Origin: Squalus acanthias | Lineage: Eukaryota | Direction of reading: 5' to 3' | DNA length: 64,000 nucleotides | NCBI GenBank assembly: GCA_030390025.1 | Contig: CM059432.1 | Location: 71,984,001-72,048,000, forward strand | Shown: positions 1 through 9,342 of the stretch, in pieces | Layout of the letters: each line of letters opens with the position of its first letter | Numbering within the stretch: the first letter of the stretch is position 1 | Notes under the pieces: generated by a model | The model's input: only the letters and a program-made list of their open reading frames with translations | Told to the model about the DNA's origin: nothing | Database searches by the model: none | Program-made: the position numbers and the translations under genes

Positions 1-103
1 CAGTGCTTCCGACATGTCTTCCTTTTTCCTCAACCGAGGATTCCCCTCTACAGTGGTTGACACGGCCCTTAACCGTGTCCGTTCCATCTCCCGCACTTCT
101 GCC
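1..103 (+). mobile_element. Penelope-like element, part upstream of the proviral insertion (continues beyond window start)
   Basis: Removing 104-12803 rejoins ...CGCACTTCTGCC|CTCACCCCGG..., reading RTSALTPAPPSRNHDRVPLVLTFHP in frame with the GIY-YIG ORF at 12800-13460. Confidence 0.85.
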
Positions 104-1724
104 TGTAAGGGATTCTGACCCTGCGTGTCTCGCAGCCTGTGAGATTCACGCGGCTCTGTGCAGCCTGTATGTCAGTGCGGGTCTAGGCCTCGTTGCCTGT
201 TCTGGTCTCCAGCCAGTCTGGGAACACTAGACACACCTGTGAGTGGTTCGAATCACTGTCCCTTACGGTTCTAGACACTGGACTTAGATGCGAGAGCAGT
301 AATGGAGATGAAACTCATGTAGACTCGGTTTGAATGGTACGAAATGGAAAATCTTTATTGCATGATACTTAAGATTATGAAATACATGTCATAAGCACAG
401 ATTAATGACAGTACAATCTTACAAACAGTTATATAGTCGATCTTAGGGAAACGAGGAACGAACGGCACAAAGTAAATAGGGGCACACATTACAAATATCC
501 TTAATCCTTAAACCCTCCCCTATCAATATCTATCCTAAACTAGATTCGTAGGATCTCGAGACTCATGCTCACCACTCGTGATAACTCGGAGAAATTCCGA
601 ATAGCTGATTGGATGTTTTTCACCGCAGCACCCACGTGTCGGTCAGGAGATCTCCTGGTCCCACTTGTTTACTTGCTTCTGCTGCTCCGGCTAGCAGGCT
701 GGAACGTCTGCTGTGATGAAGACCTGTGTTGGTTGGTTTAACAGGTACTTTTCGAGCACAGTTGTCAATATCATCGATACGATATGTTTCCTTGCAAGTT
801 CGAAGAAGTCTTCCTGGCAAGGAAAACTTGGCTAATCGACCTACAGGCGCGGTCGGGATTTACTGACCGTGGCGATGGATATGGTCTTCCTCTCTTCTCA
901 TCTCATCTCATCTCATCTCATCTCGGGCCTTTGGTTCCGCTGCCAGTTACCAACATAGGTCTTCGTTACGCGACACGAGGTAGATCCGAACGGATCAGAA
1001 AGTTCAACAGTCCTTTTCAAAAGAGGCAACAGGCAAGCAGAAGCCCAACTACGAGTACACAGGAGCAGCCACGATGATAAGAGCAGCAAGAGAAAGATGG
1101 ACGGTTTGGAGCCTGCAATTATAGTGCAAAATCTTCCGTTTCCCGCCCAACTATAATGTCCATTCTTTTGTTTAGGGTTTGGCGCTCAAATGTCTTGTAT
1201 GGGTGATCTCCGTTCTTAATGGGTTTCGGGGCTACTCGTAAATGTCTGAGTACCTGTTAATATTTCTCCCATTGTTAAATCGGTCGGTGTTCTCCCTGGA
1301 GGGGTTTGGGGCTTCCAAGTGTCCTGTATAACTACCTGCTAACGGCTCTCTCATCGTAGAGTCGTTGGGATTTTACATATTAATGTCTTTTGGATGGGCC
1401 CTTGATTACTCGGTACAATGGCTTTCCTTTGTACCTGGGAGACCGATTTCAGTATCTATGTGTATACTGCAAACCCATAATGTCTCGTGTAATTATCTTC
1501 ACTGTGCTGACTCTTAATCGATCTTGCACAAATGTTTATTGGAACGCCATCTTGTCTGCCTGTTGAAAAGTCTAGAATGTTCTGTCACGAGGTGCGGCGG
1601 CCATTTTACAGGCTGCTTGTGTCCACTTTAAACCTGTCAGCATTCTGCTGAAATAAAAGCTGTTTGAACGAAACTCTGTGTTTTCTCCTTATTAACAAAA
1701 TCGCGATATATTGCGAATTCTACA
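104..1724 (-). repeat. 3' LTR (1621 bp)
   Basis: Direct repeat of 11159-12799; begins TGTAAGGG, ends TTCTACA; contains (TCTCA)5 at 896-920. Confidence 0.97.
354..359 (-). promoter_or_regulatory. Candidate LTR polyadenylation signal AATAAA
   Basis: TTTATT on plus strand, about 250 bp from the LTR 3' end in element orientation, compatible with an R/U5 boundary. A second AATAAA near 1535 lies in the probable U3. Confidence 0.45.
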
Positions 1725-1736
1725 GTCCCTCCTGTT
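1725..1736 (-). promoter_or_regulatory. Polypurine tract
   Basis: AACAGGAGGGAC directly abuts the TG of the 3' LTR on the minus strand. Confidence 0.75.
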
Positions 1737-2176
1737 GATGCGAATAACTCCGCTTATCGTATCAAAAATCATAGTGGTGAGCAATATTATCTCGATTTCT
1801 CTCCGAATCCAGCAAATTAATCCCATAAATTTAACCTATCTAGGGTCTCTGTGTCGTCCTTATTTCCCGAGAAAATTACATTTTATATCACCGTAGGCAT
1901 TATTTGCCCTTAAACTTACACCACTTGTTTTCCTTCCCGGCGTAACCAGGCCGATGCCTCTCGTATCACCTGTATATTCATCTTTTATTCAGGGAAAGGA
2001 AAAACAAAACTCAAAACCAAAACAATCATTTTTAACTGTAACACCATCACCAAAATAATCAACACCAACTCTTAAAACATGTCGAGTTCCCAACGTATTT
2101 ACAATCTCTGAAGAATCATGATCGAGTACAAACTTCCGCGGCGCACGTGGCGAGCGGGAGTGACGCCATTTTCCGA

Positions 2177-4528
2177 TCACACGGTACTTTCATCGTGCAC
2201 GCGCACGTAACGTTCTCGCCACTCTCCCGTGTTTTCATGCTTGGTGAGGCGCTTGTCTCTTTTACAATGTACGACCAATAGGTACACTACAATAAACACT
2301 TGGCATACGACTAAAATGTGGGAGGCTATTCTAATCCATGAAGGCACTTCAATATTGGTGAACAGATTCCACCACGGTGGAACTACTATATCCAAAATGT
2401 CTGTTCCTATTTCGACAGTTTTCTGTTCTAATGTGTAAAAGTGTTTCTGTGACACCGCGACGGCTTTTAAAAGCTTGGTGAGGTGTTCAGGGAGAGGGGG
2501 AATGAGGTATCCAAAATGCGCGACGAATCGCTGCAAGTCGGTGAAATTCTCTTTTACTGTGAGATGAACAGTGGATGGTTCAGGGATTGGGATAATTCGC
2601 TGTTGTGCTACTTGAACTTCCGCCCTGGGTTTAAAACAGAAACTGCTGTCACTCACCGGACACCGGCTACGGTTTCCATGCTGGTAGTGTTGCGCTGCAG
2701 TGGTAACACAATATGTTCCACCCCCGATGTATGCTAACTGCGGAGGCACATGATCTTGTGCCATTGCCTCCATGGTGCAATTCATGGACTTGGCGCCAGT
2801 CGTTCTGAACCCGCACTGTGGTGTTAAAAAGGCATTCAAGTGCTGGGGGCACAGTATTATGTGTGCTCCCCTGCCACGACAACCAGAGAGATCTGTACCT
2901 GTCATCGTTTGCTCCCAGCGGATGACGTAAGGTGGAACCGCTGCATAACGAATGTGGGCTCCCCCCTGAATGACACCAATGTTCTCTACCCGATACACCG
3001 GGGCGGGCTTTGCTGTGTCGCCCAAAACCGGCATACGTAATACTATTCCCATAATAGTATGGTTTGAACGTCCGCAGTCCACGGGGACTGGGTATGCTTC
3101 TGAAGCTAGCCTGAGCTGGCATGGACTTAATGCGTTCTGAAAAGGGTGGAGCGCCCGCAGGTGTTTGTTACTTATCCAGGACGGAACCAAACCTTGTTTT
3201 AAATCCTCCAAATTACTGCGGCCCTCGCCCAGTAACCACGCCCCGTAAAGCACGCACACCTCGTTCTGCGCAGCTTGATCGGATGCATTCCGATCTTCCC
3301 TAATCAGGGCATTTACCGTCTTTGCATGTTTCTCCAACTCTGCTATAATTTCCTTTAAATGGAGAGTCATGGCTTGGTCCTCGTGTAAACCTGACCCTAC
3401 CACTTTATTCTCATCTGTTAGAATGTCTTTTAATTGTGTCTTTAAACCATTAATCTGGGTCTGCAGCTCCACACTGTCTAGAGCGTTGACCACAGATGTA
3501 CCCGTGTTAAAAGCAGTGAACGCATCGTTCACCAAACCCCTTCTTTGCCTCCCTGCTTGATTCAAAACTTCCTGTGGTGCGGTGTACAAACTTGTTTTAT
3601 CAATTTCCGCGAAATCGAATTCGTAAAATTGTCTGAACATCTTGGTCAACAGGACCTGGTACAACTGTTCCGTCTTTTTGGGGCACCACTCTGGTAACCG
3701 CACCTCGGTGAGATTTAAAATCACCGAGGCCACCGCGTAATGTACCCCCTGAAATAGTATCTGGTCTGTGGGGACTAGTACCAAACCATTCCCGGGTCCC
3801 TTACTAGTTTTAGGGCACCCTTCTTCCTCAGCTAGAACCACCGGAATCGTGGGCGGGGCTTTGCGTGGGCGCGTAATGAGCTCAGTGGCATTTACTGGGA
3901 TCGGGGAGAACGGGGCTCCGCACCCCCTGGTGCTCGCATCCCACCTCATCCCCTGTCCGTTATCCTGCCATTGATTAATGAAAAATATGGAGATGCCTTT
4001 GGGGCAAACGTACTTTGACCCCCACATACATACATAAATTCCCTCGTCCGGTTCCCACCATTTGTCCCAACAGACTTTCACTTGTCCGTTTGTCCCCGTA
4101 ATTGTCCGATGGGTATTATTACCCAGTCGTTCCCACTCGACCGAAGAGTTCCTCATAGTTTTGCTCAGCTTTCGCAGCCACCACCATCGGCTCAATGGGA
4201 CCTTCCCACTACAAGTCAAACAAATCCGTTTGCCGACGGTGACGCTGATCCTGGGTGCGATGATCCTTACTTTGGGGCACAGTAAAGAAGTCTCTTTGTA
4301 GGCAAACCCCGATGTGCTAGAATACTCCGTTGAGTTCGTTCCTAGCCATCCTGGCCACCTTCCCTTGTGGAAATAGGTGCTGGTCTCCTCTGCCTCCCGT
4401 CTTCCGGTCCCATCCACCGCGATGGGGGCCGTGTCCCCGGAACATCCAAACACCACGACATCCTTGGTGCGGCCTCGATAGGCCAATCCACATCCGATTG
4501 CCACGAGCAATACTAGAATTCGTTCCAT
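2177..4528 (-). CDS. env: Envelope glycoprotein (~783 aa from M62 of the 844-aa ORF): signal peptide, Ig-like domain, class I fusion protein resembling paramyxo/pneumovirus F, TM anchor
   Basis: Signal peptide MERILVLLVAIGCGLA; furin site RQRR|GLVNDAFTAF (3550-3539) followed by a heptad repeat; Cys-rich region; TM IASHILVVCQVFIVVYLLVVHC; about 10 N-x-S/T sequons; located between pol and the 3' LTR. Confidence 0.9.
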   Translation of the reverse strand: MERILVLLVAIGCGLAYRGRTKDVVVFGCSGDTAPIAVDGTGRREAEETSTYFHKGRWPGWLGTNSTEYSSTSGFAYKETSLLCPKVRIIAPRISVTVGKRICLTCSGKVPLSRWWWLRKLSKTMRNSSVEWERLGNNTHRTITGTNGQVKVCWDKWWEPDEGIYVCMWGSKYVCPKGISIFFINQWQDNGQGMRWDASTRGCGAPFSPIPVNATELITRPRKAPPTIPVVLAEEEGCPKTSKGPGNGLVLVPTDQILFQGVHYAVASVILNLTEVRLPEWCPKKTEQLYQVLLTKMFRQFYEFDFAEIDKTSLYTAPQEVLNQAGRQRRGLVNDAFTAFNTGTSVVNALDSVELQTQINGLKTQLKDILTDENKVVGSGLHEDQAMTLHLKEIIAELEKHAKTVNALIREDRNASDQAAQNEVCVLYGAWLLGEGRSNLEDLKQGLVPSWISNKHLRALHPFQNALSPCQLRLASEAYPVPVDCGRSNHTIMGIVLRMPVLGDTAKPAPVYRVENIGVIQGGAHIRYAAVPPYVIRWEQTMTGTDLSGCRGRGAHIILCPQHLNAFLTPQCGFRTTGAKSMNCTMEAMAQDHVPPQLAYIGGGTYCVTTAAQHYQHGNRSRCPVSDSSFCFKPRAEVQVAQQRIIPIPEPSTVHLTVKENFTDLQRFVAHFGYLIPPLPEHLTKLLKAVAVSQKHFYTLEQKTVEIGTDILDIVVPPWWNLFTNIEVPSWIRIASHILVVCQVFIVVYLLVVHCKRDKRLTKHENTGEWRERYVRVHDESTV

Positions 4529-4818
4529 CTTTCCTTGGTTCCTGTGATCAGATAGAATGAGGTAGCCAGCCTCGCAAGAGTCTCTGGCTTTTGTGAAGGG
4601 TGAGCGGGTCCCCTGACCTCGCCTCACGTAAACTTCAACGTTCGCTGAATAAACTTTAACTAAACCTATCTTTAAAACTCCCATCATTTTATCGTTTTCT
4701 GTTAAAAACACTACAAACTTAACCTTAAACTATAAACTTAAAACTTAACCTTGAACTATAAACTTAAAACTTAGAACTTCTTACTATACAGTGCCGCCCG
4801 TTCTCAGGGCGGCCCCCT

Positions 4819-7800
4819 TTAAATTCTGAGAAGGCTGCTGCGAGCTCTTCCCGACGGTGGGAGGGCACTGACCCTTCCCTCTGATCTGCCGCAGCCTGTT
4901 ACTGCGCTGACCCTTCCCTCTGATCTGCCGCAGCCTGTTACTGCTGCGATGTGGCCGGTCTGTATCTGGGTTATCTTAACCTTAAATTTTCGCCTTGGGG
5001 CAGTCTGGGGACATGACCACATCCTCCTGGGCTGGGGTTCTCTACTTGACCTACGGGGAGTTGCTATGGGCGGGGGTTCCGTGACGGACGGACCGGGTTC
5101 CGAGACTTCCATCGGGATGACCTGGGGTTCCATCACAGTCGCTGGCTCCGCCTCCGCTGACTCCGCCTCCCTAACCTCGGGGCTGGCAGTTCGTGGCTCC
5201 GCCCTGCTCGGCCCAGCAGGCGGCCCTTCACTCGTGATCTCTGCCTCCCCCGAGGACTGGACGTTCAAAGCGGGCGGCCACATCTCTGGGAGCCACACCG
5301 GTACTCTCTGTGCTCCCATAGCGGCTGGCCCTGCCTCCTCTAGCTCCTCCCTCCTGTCCTCGGGACCTGCAGCTTGTGTGTCCACCCTGTGTGGATCTCT
5401 ACCTACAGCCCCCATTCCCTCCAGACCGTTCCTCAGGAACCACCCGTCATCATCACTATGCTCATCTGCACTATCCTCATCTGACCAGGGTACCCTGAAT
5501 TCTTCCTCATCTAACCCCCAATTCCAGAAAAACGCTGCATGATCGTCCGGGATGTCCCTTCCCCTGATGCAAGCTGCTATGCCTGCCTGTGTGCCTTGTG
5601 GTCCTACCTGGGGCTGTGCTTTCCCATTGGCGGGATTTACCCCTGTAGTTTTCCCTTGCGCACCTGGCTGGTACAGTTTGCATTGGTTTATGTGGAACCA
5701 CTTAGTGCGCCGTGGTACTTTTACGGCGTAAACCATGGGACTCGCCTTGTCTACAATGTTGTAGGGTCCCATATACAGTGGTTCCAGACTCCCTACTCTG
5801 GCGTAGTTTCTGACCATGACCTGGTCTCCCACTTCCCACTCCCGCGTTGTGCGGGGTTCCAGCAACAAGCGATTGCCCTGATGCTGCCTTCCCATGTTCC
5901 CAGCCGCCTGCTCATAAACTTGCTTCAGGCGCTCCAAGAGAGTCTGGGCGAACTTGTCCCTGCTTATCTCCTGGAGCTGACCCTCAGTGAGCACCGGGGC
6001 TAGCACATGGGTGGGGGTTCGCATGAGCCTCCCGGTCATTACCTCGTGCGGGGAGTACCCCGTACTTTTTGACTGACTGGCCCGGACCCCCATGAGGACT
6101 AAAGGCAGAACTTCCGCCCATTTTTGGGGCGAGTTCCTAGTCTCTTTCCTCAATTTCTCCTTCAGGGTCCGGTTCATGCGTTCAACAATCCCGGATGACT
6201 GGGGATTGTGTGCTACGTGCCACTTCCCTTCAATGCCCAAAAGCATGAGGGTGTTCTGCATCACCTGGCCGGTGAAATGACTCCCTTGGTCTGACTCCAC
6301 AAAACGGGGGAGTCCCCACCGCGAGAACACTTCCCGGACCAAGATTTTTGCTGTACCCAGTGCCGTAGCTGTTCGACAAGGGAAGGCTTCCACCCACTTG
6401 GAAAACACATCCACCAGGACGAGGCAGTACTTATAACCTCCCTGGGTGGTGGGCAGGGGTCCTATATAGTCGATCTGTATCGACTGCCATGGTCCCTCTA
6501 CCCTTCTTACGTGTCCCATGGGCACCTTCCTTTTCTGGGGGTCTGGGTTGTTTGCAGCGCACACAAGACAGTTTGCGCAGAACTCGCGGACTTGTTCCCT
6601 GAGCCCTGGCCACCATCCCGCTTGCTCTACCCGTTGCCAGGTAACCTCGGGCCCGGGGTGCCCTGCCCCTGGTCCCTCGTGAGCCAACTGGAGGAATTCC
6701 CTCCTGTGCTGCTGCGGCACAACCCACTGCTCCTCGCGGAACAGCATGCCTTCCTTAACTGAGAGGGTTGCCGTACTGTACGGACCTTCTACCTGCCTCC
6801 CCTCAGCAATCGTTTTTAGGACTGCTTTTAGGGCGGGATCCTGGGCTTGGACGGTCTTAAGGTCTAGGGGCAATGCTACCCTGGGGTTCCCGGGATTCCC
6901 GTCCCCGCCTCGGACCGCTGCTATGGGTCCGGTCCTATAGGGGTTCCAGAAAGTGCCGTCGCGGGCACCCTCCCTGGCTAGCGCATCCGCCTGCCGGTTG
7001 CCCTCCCCACGGGGCTCTGTGGAGGAGTGAGCTTTCACCTTATGGATGAAAATCTCTCCTTCCTCCCCCACTGCTGCTGCTAAGATCTTTTCCAGCAAGG
7101 GCTTCACCGTTAAAGGTCGCCCGTCCGCGGAGGTGTATCCGCGGCGGGACCAAATGGCCAGGTATTCCGTACACGAATTGCAGGTGAACATGCTGTCCGA
7201 GCAAATCGTGTATGGGGTTGGGAAAATGTCTGGGTGGGTCACAACGTACACCACGGCAGACAGCTCAGCTTCCTGCGCGCTCATAGTGCTAGGGAGCTTG
7301 ATCGCCAGGGCAAGGTCTGCCGCAGGGTCATAAACTCCACACCCTGTGAGTCGCTCGCCAGCAGATACTGTGCTAGACCCATCAACATAAATCTCGCGCC
7401 CAGTGGGATGTATCCCGGCCCGTAAACCTATGTTGACGTCCCATACCCCTTCCACCGAACACCGGTGGGCTGTACCGGGGTATACCAAATTGGCCGCAAG
7501 CCTTGGCTCGCAAAGACCTTTTACTCTGAGATCCAACTGGGAGAGGAGAAGGGTCCAACGCGCAATGCGTGCGCTGCTTACGGTCCCGTCTTTAATCCTC
7601 CCATCCAGAAGCATCTTAGTTGGTGTGTGATGTGTGAGGAGAGTGATGGGAGAGAGCCCTGTGAAGATCGCTGATCTTTTCACAGCCCAATGCGTGGCTA
7701 AAAGGTGCCTTTCGCAATTGGAGAAACTTCTCTCCACATCCGTTAACACCCTGGATGAATAGGCAACCGGCCTCAGCTTGCCGTGACGCTCTTGGAGCAG

Positions 7801-9342
7801 TACGGCGCTTAAGCTGTCTCCGCTGGCAGCTACCTCCAGGAAAAACTCCTTCCCCCCATCTATGGCCCCTAAGGCTGGCGCGGTCTGCAGATCCCTTTTT
7901 AACTTCTCGAAGGCTGCTTGGCAGCCCTCGTCCCAAAACCACTCCACCCCCTTATGGAGGAGTCGGAGGAGCGGCGCCGCTGTGGCCGCATAATCTTCGA
8001 TAAAATCCCTGCAGTAACCGGTCAGTCCCAAGAAGGACCTCACACCCCTTACGTTGTTGGGAATCGGTAATTCTTGCACCGACTCCCTCCTCGCTTTGTC
8101 TATGGCTCTTTCTCCAGCGCGTATGGTCAGTCCCAGGAAGTTTACTTCCCGCTGACCGATACGTGCTTTCTTAGGGTTTATTTTAAAACCCTTTCTCGCT
8201 AACAGCTCCAATAACTCGTCCAGTAGTGGTCCGTGCTCCTCCCTTGAGTCCGTAAATAGGAGCAAATCATCCACATACTGGACTATCTGATTGGGCTGAC
8301 TAAACTCCTTTAAACTTCCTGCCATACACTGATGAAAAATACTGGGGCTATTGTGGAAACCCTGTGGCAGACAGTTCCACGTGTACTGTTGCCCTTTGAA
8401 AGTAAAGGCAAACTTGTACTGGTCCTCTCGCCGCAGCGGGATGGACCAAAAACCGTTCGAGATATCCAGCACCGTGAACGTGGTCGCGGACGCTGGGATG
8501 CTCCCTATTAGGTCAGCAACTGCTGCTACTGTGGGCGCGCAGGCGGGAATGTTACTGTTAAGGACTCTGTAGTCCACCGTGGCTCTCCACGAATTATCCG
8601 GCTTCCTAACCGGCCATAATGGGGAGTTCACGTGTGTGGCTATCGGCCTCAACACGCCCTGCTGCACCAAGGAAGACATTGCTGTCTCCATATCGGGTTC
8701 GGCTTCTTTGGGGAAGTTATACTGCTTTTGGGGTCGGGTCATGGGGTCCCCATCTACGCTGACCTCAAACCCGACCACTCTCCCACAATCGTGCTTGTGG
8801 GTTGCAAACGCGTGCATATTATCTGACACGTACGTTTGCATGTCCGTTGGGACATCTGCGACCATAAGCCTGAGGTCGTAGCCTCCGGATGGCTGTACGG
8901 TACACAGGACCCCTGTTTCTTCCTCCCCCGGAATCACTATTACCTCGCCTTTTTCACCTTTAGCCCCCCAGAGACAGTGATTTCTGAGGTCCACGAGGAT
9001 CCCGTGTCCCGCTAGGAGATCAGACCCGAGAATACCTCTTCCACCCCCCTTTTGCCATGCCATCAGTATACACTTCCACTTAAGGCGAAGTGTTCCTAAA
9101 CGAATGGATAGCGGAAGGGAAAACGTGCCAGCCTGTTCTTTTCCTGTGAACCCTGCTAACGTGAATGGGACCTTGGTAGATAGCGGCGAGTCAAAAGGGT
9201 TATCTGTATGGATTATGGTGCAAGAAGCTCCCGTGTCCAACAAATAACTACCCTTCTGTTTCTCTACCTCCATCTCCACCACAGGTCGCCTCCACGCATC
9301 ATAGCTAAGCGGACACAGGTAGACGGGCTGCGCCGGTTCTAG
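4819..9342 (-). CDS. pol: Pol polyprotein (protease, RT, degenerate RNase H tether, RNase H, integrase, C-terminal extension), in frame with gag
   Basis: LLDTGAS; LPQG..YVDD; tether FFLEVAAS..RPVAYSSR; RNase H IYVDGS/AQEAEL/CSDS/HKVKAH/GNRQAD; IN HHCC, QIDYIGP, ESDQGSHF, GIVERMN, GPY. Frame is open from the gag stop onward. Confidence 0.97.
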   Translation of the reverse strand, partial: LEPAQPVYLCPLSYDAWRRPVVEMEVEKQKGSYLLDTGASCTIIHTDNPFDSPLSTKVPFTLAGFTGKEQAGTFSLPLSIRLGTLRLKWKCILMAWQKGGGRGILGSDLLAGHGILVDLRNHCLWGAKGEKGEVIVIPGEEETGVLCTVQPSGGYDLRLMVADVPTDMQTYVSDNMHAFATHKHDCGRVVGFEVSVDGDPMTRPQKQYNFPKEAEPDMETAMSSLVQQGVLRPIATHVNSPLWPVRKPDNSWRATVDYRVLNSNIPACAPTVAAVADLIGSIPASATTFTVLDISNGFWSIPLRREDQYKFAFTFKGQQYTWNCLPQGFHNSPSIFHQCMAGSLKEFSQPNQIVQYVDDLLLFTDSREEHGPLLDELLELLARKGFKINPKKARIGQREVNFLGLTIRAGERAIDKARRESVQELPIPNNVRGVRSFLGLTGYCRDFIEDYAATAAPLLRLLHKGVEWFWDEGCQAAFEKLKRDLQTAPALGAIDGGKEFFLEVAASGDSLSAVLLQERHGKLRPVAYSSRVLTDVERSFSNCERHLLATHWAVKRSAIFTGLSPITLLTHHTPTKMLLDGRIKDGTVSSARIARWTLLLSQLDLRVKGLCEPRLAANLVYPGTAHRCSVEGVWDVNIGLRAGIHPTGREIYVDGSSTVSAGERLTGCGVYDPAADLALAIKLPSTMSAQEAELSAVVYVVTHPDIFPTPYTICSDSMFTCNSCTEYLAIWSRRGYTSADGRPLTVKPLLEKILAAAVGEEGEIFIHKVKAHSSTEPRGEGNRQADALAREGARDGTFWNPYRTGPIAAVRGGDGNPGNPRVALPLDLKTVQAQDPALKAVLKTIAEGRQVEGPYSTATLSVKEGMLFREEQWVVPQQHRREFLQLAHEGPGAGHPGPEVTWQRVEQAGWWPGLREQVREFCANCLVCAANNPDPQKRKVPMGHVRRVEGPWQSIQIDYIGPLPTTQGGYKYCLVLVDVFSKWVEAFPCRTATALGTAKILVREVFSRWGLPRFVESDQGSHFTGQVMQNTLMLLGIEGKWHVAHNPQSSGIVERMNRTLKEKLRKETRNSPQKWAEVLPLVLMGVRASQSKSTGYSPHEVMTGRLMRTPTHVLAPVLTEGQLQEISRDKFAQTLLERLKQVYEQAAGNMGRQHQGNRLLLEPRTTREWEVGDQVMVRNYARVGSLEPLYMGPYNIVDKASPMVYAVKVPRRTKWFHINQCKLYQPGAQGKTTGVNPANGKAQPQVGPQGTQAGIAACIRGRDIPDDHAAFFWNWGLDEEEFRVPWSDEDSADEHSDDDGWFLRNGLEGMGAVGRDPHRVDTQAAGPEDRREELEEAGPAAMGAQRVPVWLPEMWPPALNVQSSGEAEITSEGPPAGPSRAEPRTASPEVREAESAEAEPATVMEPQVIPMEVSEPGPSVTEPPPIATPRRSSREPQPRRMWSCPQTAPRRKFKVKITQIQTGHIAAVTGCGRSEGRVSAVTGCGRSEGRVSALPPSGRARSSLLRI

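Noticed and set aside
620..1077. Short ORFs within the LTRs (66 and 97 aa) as accessory genes
   Set aside because: No recognisable motifs; the 97-aa ORF is antisense and its frame is altered by the microsatellite difference in the other LTR.
4529..4711. First 61 codons of the 844-aa env ORF
   Set aside because: Begins at a non-ATG codon; the signal peptide and splice acceptor point to the ATG at 4528. A longer leader is not excluded.
4949..6003. Antisense ORFs (197 and 154 aa) opposite pol
   Set aside because: Expected shadows of GC-rich coding sequence; no independent evidence.
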